DNA of 64,000 nt from Pseudomonadota bacterium. GTDB lineage: Bacteria; Bdellovibrionota_B; Oligoflexia; Oligoflexales; CAIYRB01. Below are positions 1 to 7,174 of the stretch, piece by piece (within the stretch, counting starts at the first letter, position 1; every line of letters begins with the position of its first letter). The notes under the pieces were generated by a model. The model was not told where the DNA came from. It was given only the letters and a program-made list of their open reading frames with translations, and did no database searches. Position numbers and translations under genes: made by a program. The stretch is taken from the NCBI GenBank assembly GCA_026390435.1, contig JAPLFY010000039.1, forward strand, positions 41,163 through 105,162, given 5' to 3'.

Positions 1-1740
1 GTGCTGACTCACCCCCGGAAGATTTCACTCATTGAAGTGGTCGCATTAGAAGCTATTTTCCAGTGTGCATGGCTCGCTCGCATGCCACAAAGTAAGGTGC
101 TGAAGCCGGAAATTATTGCCCCAGCCTCGGCGAGTCCTGGCATTGACCGTGATGCCAAGGTTTGGCATGAAGCTCTGGAATGGACTTATTACGGCAAGCT
201 TTTGGCACAGTTGAAGCCTAAGAGTTCTCAGCGGACTGCTGATTCCGATAATGCTGTACCAAAAGCACAGGCATTCTTCTGTATCGACGATCGGGAAGGA
301 TCCTTAAGACGGAACCTAGAGGTAGTCTGGCCAGATGTTGTCACGTTTGGTGCACCGGGATTTTTCGGTGTTGATTTTCTCTTTCAAGGAGCTGAACAGT
401 CTGCCCCACAGCAGCATTGCCCCGTTATTCTTACGCCCAAACATGTGGTGAGGGAAGCTAAGGGTAAGCCGCAACGAGGTCGGCACCTCAGGCGTGGATT
501 TCATTTATGGGAAGTTGCGAATACCGGAATTAGAGGCTGGATATCGACGCCCCTGTTTGGTCTTTGGGCGGCAATCAAGCTCAGTTTGCAGGTGATATGG
601 CCTCGTTTACAGGAAAAGAGTGCTGCAGCTAATTTTGAAACAACTCCATTACAGATCGAGCGCACTATAGAGGAACCGACCCAGCAAGGTTATTGGCTAG
701 GATACTCAGTATCAGAAATGGCTGACCGCGTTGGTGGTATTTTGCGAAATTGCGGTTTAGTCGACCATTTTGCTGAATTGATTGTTATGGTGTCACACGG
801 CTCAACGACCACAAATAATCCGCATTTTTCTGCGTATGACTGTGGTGCTTGCGCTGGTAAACCAGGGGCTGTGAATGCCAGAGCCTTCGCAACCATGGCT
901 AACAATGCAGTTGTGCGCAAGATTCTTAGTGAACGCGGTATTGCAATACCAGATAAAACCTACGTACTCGCTGCGATGCATGACACGACGCAAGATGATG
1001 CCAGTTATTATGATGAATCCTTAATTCCATCGACTCACTATAAATTGGTGGCAGAATTTAAGCGGAACCTAGAGTCTGCTCTTGAGCTGAATGCTCAGGA
1101 GCGCGCCGTGAAATTTGATTTGGCGCCAGCATCACCTAAGGCTGCTCGTTCACATGTCCGGAAAAGAGCAAGAGCCATTTTTGAGCCGCGTCCAGAGTGG
1201 AATCACGCCAATAACGCGTCGGCTATCGTCGGTCGGAGGATTTTAACGCGCGGAATCCATTTGGACCGCCGGGCCTTTCTTCAGTCTTATGACCCTAGGT
1301 TAGATCCAACCGGAGATATACTCGCGGCGATCTTAGGCGCTGTGGTTCCGGTCTGTGGTGGTATTAATCTGGAGTATTTCTTTTCTCGTGTTGATAACGA
1401 CACCTACGGAGCTGGTTCGAAGCTTCCTCACAATGTGATGGCGCTACTTGGTGTCGCTCAGGGGGTTACCGGTGATCTGCGGACAGGACTACCAGCACAA
1501 ATGGTAGAGATCCATGATCCAGTGCGACTTCTTGTGGTTGTTGAGCAGAATCCCGTCATTGCCAGCAAGGCGGCAAAGAAAAATCCTGCGATCTTTCAGT
1601 GGATAGAAAACGAATGGGTGCGATTTGCTGCAGTTGACCCGGAAACAGGAAGCTACTGGATCTGGCGCCAGGGTGGCTTCGTTCCATTTGAACCTAAGGC
1701 CCTCGTAATCACGCAGTTTTCGACAGGACAGGCTCAATGA
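1..1740 (+). CDS. dabA: DabA-type inorganic-carbon transporter subunit (DUF2309/UPF0753), 5'-truncated by the window edge
   Basis: The ORF is open from base 1. It carries family-typical motifs FFCIDDREGSLRRNLE, HGSTTTNNPHFSAYDCGACAGKPG and GGINLEYFFSRVDNDTYGAGSKLPHNV. Its stop overlaps the next start (ATGA at 1737-1740). Confidence 0.85.
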   Translation: MLTHPRKISLIEVVALEAIFQCAWLARMPQSKVLKPEIIAPASASPGIDRDAKVWHEALEWTYYGKLLAQLKPKSSQRTADSDNAVPKAQAFFCIDDREGSLRRNLEVVWPDVVTFGAPGFFGVDFLFQGAEQSAPQQHCPVILTPKHVVREAKGKPQRGRHLRRGFHLWEVANTGIRGWISTPLFGLWAAIKLSLQVIWPRLQEKSAAANFETTPLQIERTIEEPTQQGYWLGYSVSEMADRVGGILRNCGLVDHFAELIVMVSHGSTTTNNPHFSAYDCGACAGKPGAVNARAFATMANNAVVRKILSERGIAIPDKTYVLAAMHDTTQDDASYYDESLIPSTHYKLVAEFKRNLESALELNAQERAVKFDLAPASPKAARSHVRKRARAIFEPRPEWNHANNASAIVGRRILTRGIHLDRRAFLQSYDPRLDPTGDILAAILGAVVPVCGGINLEYFFSRVDNDTYGAGSKLPHNVMALLGVAQGVTGDLRTGLPAQMVEIHDPVRLLVVVEQNPVIASKAAKKNPAIFQWIENEWVRFAAVDPETGSYWIWRQGGFVPFEPKALVITQFSTGQAQ

Positions 1741-3650
1741 CACAATTTCTTGGGATTGTAGGCTTTCTGATTTTGCTGCTGCCTGCCGCTTGTTCATTGC
1801 TGACGCTTTTTCTTGGGCGGCGTCAAAGCGTAGCTGCAGAGAATCGAGTCGCCGCATTAAGTTATACGACAGCGATACTATTAGTGGGTTGTGTCGTGGC
1901 GATGGCGCTAATGTGGCTGCGTGTTGCTAAGCCGCAGGCCATAGAATTCGCCGGTGTTATTGGCATTGTTGACGTTGTGTCAGTTGCCTATTTAATTATG
2001 ACAGCATTCGCCACGCTGATTACTATTAAATTCAGTCGCTACTACCTCCACCGCGAGCCCGGATATTCACGATTCTTTTCCATCGTATTTCTATTTATAT
2101 TTGGAATGAATCTATTGATACTTTCCAGCACTCTCCAAAATTTCCTGGTGGGCTGGGAAATCGCTGGGCTGTCGTCATTCCTACTTATTGCATTTTACTT
2201 CGAGCGCGAGCAACCAGTCCGGCACGCCCTGCGTGCGTTTGCAGTATATCGAGTCACGGATGCTGCCCTGCTCATGGCAGCTGTTTGGCTACATTCTGTT
2301 GAGCGGGAGGGTAGTGATCCACTGACTCTTGGAATACTGGGTAGCAGTCTCTCGGGTGATCCAGTGCTGGGGCTGAATCCTTGGAGTCTTGGTATTATTA
2401 GTGTCCTGCTCGTAATTGCTGCAGCCGGCAAAGGAGCACAGTGGCCGTTTTCGTCTTGGCTACCCCGCGCTATGGAGGGTCCTACCCCATCAAGTGCAAT
2501 TTTTTACGGCGCATTATCAGTTCATGCTGGGATTTTATTATTGCTGCGTACGGCCCAGATTTGGGGGCAGCTCGAGGGTGCCCGCTGGTTGCTGGGTGGA
2601 CTCGGGTTAATATCTGCGGTCGTGGCAACCGGTGTCGGTCGAACTCAGTCTAGTATAAAAGGCCAGATTGCTTATGCATCCATTACCCAAGTGGGGTTGA
2701 TGATGATCGAGCTCGCTTTGGGCTGGCCACGGATTCTGGTCCTCATTCACTTTCTCGGTAATGCTTCTTTAAGAACCTATCAACTTATGGTGTCACCATC
2801 GGTAGTAGTCCATATGCTGCAGATGCAGACCATGCGTACTGCTGCTAGTCATCGTTGGTCCATTGAGTCATGGTTACCTCGACGTCTGCAGCTCGCTCTT
2901 TATGCCTTTGCGGTTAACGAGGGTTTTCTCGACTATAATCCTCGGTACTTTGGGCCGCGGCTCTGGTGGCAGGGACTGCCAAGGCTAATTCGTGGGAGCG
3001 TATGGACTGTCGGTGGAGCGTGCACCTTAGCTGCCTTCTTTTTTGCTCTAGGAGAAGCTGGTGTAGTTGCAAAACTTGAGGCGATCGGGCTGATAGCGGT
3101 GATGATCGGAGGCGCAGTTGCAGCAGCTGGGCAACTCCGTAGACCCTTCACTGCTTGGGTACTGGTCGTCGTCAGTCAGCTAAGTTTTGGTTTTTTGACC
3201 TTAGTTCTGGTGCACCCGGATAAGAATACTGCTGCGTTATTTTTTCTCTCGGGGATTATTCCAGCGGGAGTTTTGGGTGGATATATTATTAGGCATTTGG
3301 TGAAGACTAAAGATCAAATTCGTCGCGACAGTGGCATTCTCTATCCTGATGCAGTGACATTACTTCTGCTTTCGACCTTGGCATTATCGGCATTTCCGGT
3401 CACGCAAGCTTGCTGGGGTGAGGAGATGCTGCTTGGTGACCTGTGGCTGCGATTGCCGGTATTAACTGCCGCCTGCATCGTCGTACTGGTATGGAATGGA
3501 TTTATTCTGATGCAGCTTTTTGTGAGTTTGTGCTTTGGTCCGGGGCGTGTGGGAGTCCAGTTACCTGGAGTAGCTGTCGTCTCTCCAGTGGAAGATGGTG
3601 CAGCGCTTTACGCAGGGCAAGGCTCACCTTCCGCTACCTTTAGTACGTAA
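1737..3650 (+). CDS. dabB: DabB-type NuoL/NdhF/MrpA-like proton-conducting membrane subunit
   Basis: 637-aa polytopic membrane protein with antiporter-family motifs (WEIAGLSSFLLIAFY, KGAQWPFSSWLPRAMEGPTPSSAIFYGALSVHAG). It is translationally coupled to the DUF2309 gene. Confidence 0.8.
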   Translation: MTQFLGIVGFLILLLPAACSLLTLFLGRRQSVAAENRVAALSYTTAILLVGCVVAMALMWLRVAKPQAIEFAGVIGIVDVVSVAYLIMTAFATLITIKFSRYYLHREPGYSRFFSIVFLFIFGMNLLILSSTLQNFLVGWEIAGLSSFLLIAFYFEREQPVRHALRAFAVYRVTDAALLMAAVWLHSVEREGSDPLTLGILGSSLSGDPVLGLNPWSLGIISVLLVIAAAGKGAQWPFSSWLPRAMEGPTPSSAIFYGALSVHAGILLLLRTAQIWGQLEGARWLLGGLGLISAVVATGVGRTQSSIKGQIAYASITQVGLMMIELALGWPRILVLIHFLGNASLRTYQLMVSPSVVVHMLQMQTMRTAASHRWSIESWLPRRLQLALYAFAVNEGFLDYNPRYFGPRLWWQGLPRLIRGSVWTVGGACTLAAFFFALGEAGVVAKLEAIGLIAVMIGGAVAAAGQLRRPFTAWVLVVVSQLSFGFLTLVLVHPDKNTAALFFLSGIIPAGVLGGYIIRHLVKTKDQIRRDSGILYPDAVTLLLLSTLALSAFPVTQACWGEEMLLGDLWLRLPVLTAACIVVLVWNGFILMQLFVSLCFGPGRVGVQLPGVAVVSPVEDGAALYAGQGSPSATFST

Positions 3651-4300
3651 CCCATCCCGACGACTGTGTGAATGAGCGTTGTCGAAAAGTTTTGATCAAT
3701 TTTCTTGCGGAGTAATTTGATATACGCATCAACTATATTGCTCTGAGATTCGACCGTCATTGACCAAACATGTTCGCAGATGGCGGCTCGTGACAATATC
3801 CTGCCCGGATTCCGTAGAAGATACTCTAGCAGTGCAAATTCGCGGCGGGTTAAGGAAATCATTCGATCGCCCCGAGTTACTCGCTGTGAATATAAGTCCA
3901 TCTCTAGATCATGAAGCTTTAGCTTTGCGCTCAAAGACAGGTCACTGCGTCGCATAATTGCGCGCATGCGAGCGTATAATTCCTCGATAGCGAAGGGTTT
4001 ACTGAGACAGTCGTCGGCACCAGCGTCTAAGATCGTGACTTTGTCTTTTACCAGATCACTCTGCGACAGAATTAATATCGGAATGCGGCAAATTTCGCTC
4101 CGGAGTAATCTCACCAGATTAAGACTGCTGCCATCTGGTAAATGTGAGTCGAGCAAAATTGCGTCAAATTCCAGGTCTGCAAGCAGGGCTCTTGCTGTCG
4201 TGTAGTCACTTGCCCAGTCACAGACATAGCCTATAGAACGCAGGCCATTTTGAATAAAACCAGCCAGATTTTCCTGGCTTTCCACCAACAAAATACGCAT
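3608..4300 (-). CDS. OmpR-family response regulator (REC + winged-helix)
   Basis: The REC domain is MRILLVES...AILLDSHLPDG...LSKPF, and the C-terminal domain is RREFALLEYLLRNPGRILSR...GMGY. The ATG at 4298-4300 is preceded by GGAG 6 nt upstream, so I prefer it to the TTG at 4312 used by the ORF track. Confidence 0.85.
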   Translation of the reverse strand: MRILLVESQENLAGFIQNGLRSIGYVCDWASDYTTARALLADLEFDAILLDSHLPDGSSLNLVRLLRSEICRIPILILSQSDLVKDKVTILDAGADDCLSKPFAIEELYARMRAIMRRSDLSLSAKLKLHDLEMDLYSQRVTRGDRMISLTRREFALLEYLLRNPGRILSRAAICEHVWSMTVESQSNIVDAYIKLLRKKIDQNFSTTLIHTVVGMGYVLKVAEGEPCPA

Positions 4301-4406
4301 CAATAGCTCCAAATAGAGCTCATGCAGTGGCGGCCTAAGTAAACCTCAGAAACCACCGAGCTGTAGTCTATGTGAAATTTTCGCCCTGGGACTTGGGCAG
4401 CATCAC

Positions 4407-4778
4407 TTACGTGAGTAGCAACTCAGCATTGGTAAGTGGCGGTGATGTGCTTAGTAGATGGCGTGATAGGCGCCTGTTGATCGAAAAGGTAGAGGTTGTC
4501 CAGGCAAAAATAAGTTGGAGGCTCTGCGTATCGATCCGCTTAAGCCCAGCAGCAACAAAGGTAATTAGCCATAAGTGCGGCAGAGATACCTTGCCATGGA
4601 GGCCATCTACGTGCTTGCCGCTGACGACTGACTCCAAGCGGGAGTATTGTTCGACTTCTAGGTCCTCATCCGTCCAATCTGCATTAGAGAGCGCCAAGCC
4701 CAAACATGCCATCAATCCTAAGAAGATGGCGAGGGTTCGGAGGCATCGGTAGAAGTATGGTGCGCTGCGCTCTAGCAT
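4407..4778 (-). CDS. Hypothetical small membrane/secreted protein
   Basis: The ORF has a hydrophobic N-terminal segment (LRTLAIFLGLMACLGLALS) and lies upstream of, and co-oriented with, the response regulator. I saw no clear RBS and recognise no homology. The overlapping + strand ORF (4372-4752) looks compositionally worse (Ser/Arg-rich). Confidence 0.3.
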   Translation of the reverse strand: MLERSAPYFYRCLRTLAIFLGLMACLGLALSNADWTDEDLEVEQYSRLESVVSGKHVDGLHGKVSLPHLWLITFVAAGLKRIDTQSLQLIFAWTTSTFSINRRLSRHLLSTSPPLTNAELLLT

Positions 4779-4938
4779 AATATTAATTTTAGTAGCCTGA
4801 AGTCTTAACTGCAAGGCGATTCACTTTAACTGCGATCATAGGGCTTGTCGGGTCTTGAGGTGGTTAGTATTCTCAGCGGCTGACCATCAACCATCGAAAC
4901 GGAACTTGGCGCCGTGAGCCGAGCCCAAGGGGACCATC

Positions 4939-6324
4939 TTGGTGTGGAAGTGTCTATTTCTTCTGATGTCTTTTGGGGTGACCGCAGCTGCGGCAGGTGA
5001 AGATGCACGCGATCAGGACATTTTTGGGGCGCCTTCGGCAGAGAAGGTGGTTGCACCTGAAGCGGACATGAATCAGCGTTTAATGGATACTCTGCAAATC
5101 GGAGGGCGGTTGGAGATTCGGACCGACTCCGGTCATAAAGAGGGGGTCGGCGCTGCTGGTGGGGACTTCGGCAAACTGAAGCAGGCCGATGTTTATTTTG
5201 ATTCCCGTCCAAATAAGGATTTGCGAGGCTTTTTACGTTTGCGTTTCTCCGAGGGCGGCTCGTCTGGTGGTGCACCAGCAATAACATCGGATTCTATCAA
5301 TAAATCGGATGTGTGCTCCAGTGGTTGCATTCGCTCAGATGTAGATGAGATGTGGCTGAAGTGGGATATTGCGAAAATAGTTTACGCGACTTTCGGCAAG
5401 CAGCATGTGCGGTGGGGGAGCGGTCGCTTCTGGAATCCAACCGACTTTACTTCTATTCGTGTGATCGATCCTCTGGCTTTATTCGATCGCCGATTAGGCG
5501 TAGACATGCTGAAATTGCATCTGCCTTTTGAGAAGCAGGGGTACAATCTTTATGCGATTTTGCTCTATGGTGCGGCTAAGCAAATTGACCAATTGACCGG
5601 TGCTCTTCGTGGTGAGTTTGCGTTCGGTGGGATTGGTGAGGCAGCAATTAACTTTCAGACGGCAGCCCATGCTCCAATTCGCTTTGGCCTCGATATTTCG
5701 AGCGGCTTAGGACCGGTAGATGTGCACAGTGAGTCGGCCTTGACCAAGAGGCAAAGCCAACTGCTTTATCGCGGAGGGATAGATACTACCACCGGTCAGT
5801 TACCAACTGCCTATCGGGAGCCCGACAAATGGTTTGTTCAATCTCTACTGGGCGTTGATCGCAGCTTCAAATATAACTCCGACGATGTGGCTACCGTGGG
5901 AGTGGAATATTTCTATAACCAGTTCGGCTATAATGACCGAAATTTAGAGCTGTACTCTCTGGTCACAGGGCAATCACCGACTCTTTATGGTGGTCGTCGC
6001 TATATTTCGGGCTACCTCAATCTACCGGCTCCGGGTTCGTGGGATGATACGTCATTTTTTATAACTGGACTCCGTAACTTGAGTGATGACACCAGTACCG
6101 CCCGCTTGACCGGTACTTGGAAGCTATTCAAAGACGCTGATATTCAGGCTTTTGTGGCTCAGTGTCACGGTGACTACGGTGAGTTGTGTTTTCGCATACC
6201 ATCATCATTTAGGGGCTTAGCTTCATTGCCGCAAGTGAGCCCTCAGCTGCAGCAAGCGGTCCAGGCTTTACCGACCAAGCGTACTTTGACCACGGCTGGA
6301 GCTGGTGTTGTCTTAAAGTTTTAG
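4939..6324 (+). CDS. Hypothetical outer-membrane beta-barrel-like protein
   Basis: It has a signal-peptide-like N-terminus (WKCLFLLMSFGVTAAAAGEDA), an AAGGGGA RBS just upstream, alternating-polarity segments, and a C-terminal ...GVVLKF ending in an aromatic residue, as is typical of OMPs. The start may be TTG 4939 or GTG 4942. Confidence 0.6.
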   Translation: MVWKCLFLLMSFGVTAAAAGEDARDQDIFGAPSAEKVVAPEADMNQRLMDTLQIGGRLEIRTDSGHKEGVGAAGGDFGKLKQADVYFDSRPNKDLRGFLRLRFSEGGSSGGAPAITSDSINKSDVCSSGCIRSDVDEMWLKWDIAKIVYATFGKQHVRWGSGRFWNPTDFTSIRVIDPLALFDRRLGVDMLKLHLPFEKQGYNLYAILLYGAAKQIDQLTGALRGEFAFGGIGEAAINFQTAAHAPIRFGLDISSGLGPVDVHSESALTKRQSQLLYRGGIDTTTGQLPTAYREPDKWFVQSLLGVDRSFKYNSDDVATVGVEYFYNQFGYNDRNLELYSLVTGQSPTLYGGRRYISGYLNLPAPGSWDDTSFFITGLRNLSDDTSTARLTGTWKLFKDADIQAFVAQCHGDYGELCFRIPSSFRGLASLPQVSPQLQQAVQALPTKRTLTTAGAGVVLKF

Positions 6325-6350
6325 TGCCGAGCTTTTAAGCCCTGACGTCC

Positions 6351-6400
6351 TTATTTTTATAAATTTTAATTTATTCTATAAATTTTTATAAATTTCTAAT
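6351..6400. repeat. AT-rich tract with three copies of TATAAATTT
   Basis: Read directly: TATAAATTT starts at 6358, 6377 and 6387 within an almost pure A/T 50-mer. The tract lies between the OMP-like gene and tRNA-Leu. Confidence 0.5.
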
Positions 6401-6525
6401 GAGTGCTTTTCGGTAAATGGAGAGATTTCTCTGGGGGGCTAGATCCTTCGTTGGCGAATGCCATTTCGTGTGTTACCAATTCTTCTTCGGTTCTGCTATT
6501 GAGCCCTCATGAGAGCTCGTAAATT

Positions 6526-6612
6526 GCCCGCGTGGTGAAATTGGTAGACACACAGGACTTAAAATCCTGTGCTTCCGTAAGGGGCGTGCCGGTTCGATTC
6601 CGGCCGCGGGCA
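6526..6612 (+). tRNA. tRNA-Leu (anticodon UAA), class II with long variable arm; genomically encoded CCA at 6613-6615
   Basis: A manual cloverleaf fits. The acceptor stem is GCCCGCG/CGCGGGC, the D region GGTGAAATTGGTAGACAC, and the anticodon stem CAGGA/TCCTG with loop CTTAAAA. There is a long variable arm, and the T arm is GCCGG-TTCGATT-CCGGC. Confidence 0.93.
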
Positions 6613-6700
6613 CCATCACTAGATCTAGAAGCCGCGTTGATAGAAGGCTCGATTTAGCTATCAGTAACCATAACCGACACAAGCCAACTCGACGAATTTA

Positions 6701-7162
6701 TTGCTTCGGTACTATAATCTAATCGTGGCAAATTCACTTCCAAACAGCCAAGTGCGATCACCGGCTGGATCTAGCTCCCGAAAGGGTGCGGGGTCTGGTG
6801 AGATTGGTGCGTGTTATCATTGCGAGGCTAAGTCGGGTTCAAACACATTTTGCGAAATCTGGCGCAATTGGACTTGTGCGTCGTGTGTGAATAAGCACCA
6901 TAAGGCGCATCATAAAACTTGTGTGGTCGAAGTTGAAAAGGGCAAGTTGATCGGCAAGCAGCAGCGCCTTTATTTCACCATTCTTGTGACGCGCTACGAT
7001 GGTCAGGTTGTGCCGCTGCAGTGTCGTCTCGGTGAGAAGATGGAAATGGAAGACCATTGGATGGGCACTTACATTTTTGGCAGCGGTAGTATGATTTTGG
7101 TAACGGAGTCACGCGCAGCCATCAATGAAAAAATTCTCAATGGCTTGAGATCCGTTCGATAG
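6701..7162 (+). CDS. Hypothetical protein with N-terminal CxxC...CxxC zinc-ribbon-like motif
   Basis: It contains CYHC-x17-CASC followed by the His-rich stretch KHHKAHHKTC. The stop lies 12 nt before the next gene. The start is uncertain: there is no in-frame ATG near the 5' end, and the candidates are GTG 6725 or GTG 6752. I recognise no family. Confidence 0.45.
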   Translation: MLRYYNLIVANSLPNSQVRSPAGSSSRKGAGSGEIGACYHCEAKSGSNTFCEIWRNWTCASCVNKHHKAHHKTCVVEVEKGKLIGKQQRLYFTILVTRYDGQVVPLQCRLGEKMEMEDHWMGTYIFGSGSMILVTESRAAINEKILNGLRSVR

Positions 7163-7174
7163 AAAGGATGATCT

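Noticed and set aside
3608-3650. 43-nt convergent 3'-end overlap of dabB and the response regulator gene, with a similar 33-nt overlap of the hydrolase and ribD at 50110-50142
   Set aside because: Such overlaps are real in the sequence but common in compact genomes. Nothing indicates a functional antisense mechanism. I note them only as context.
4826-5287. 153-aa minus-strand ORF overlapping the start of the OMP-like gene
   Set aside because: Its translation is Pro/Arg/Ser-rich. It overlaps a better-supported signal-peptide ORF on the + strand.
6473-6682. 69-aa minus-strand ORF in the ORF track
   Set aside because: It lies entirely over the tRNA-Leu gene (6526-6615), so the tRNA explains the region.
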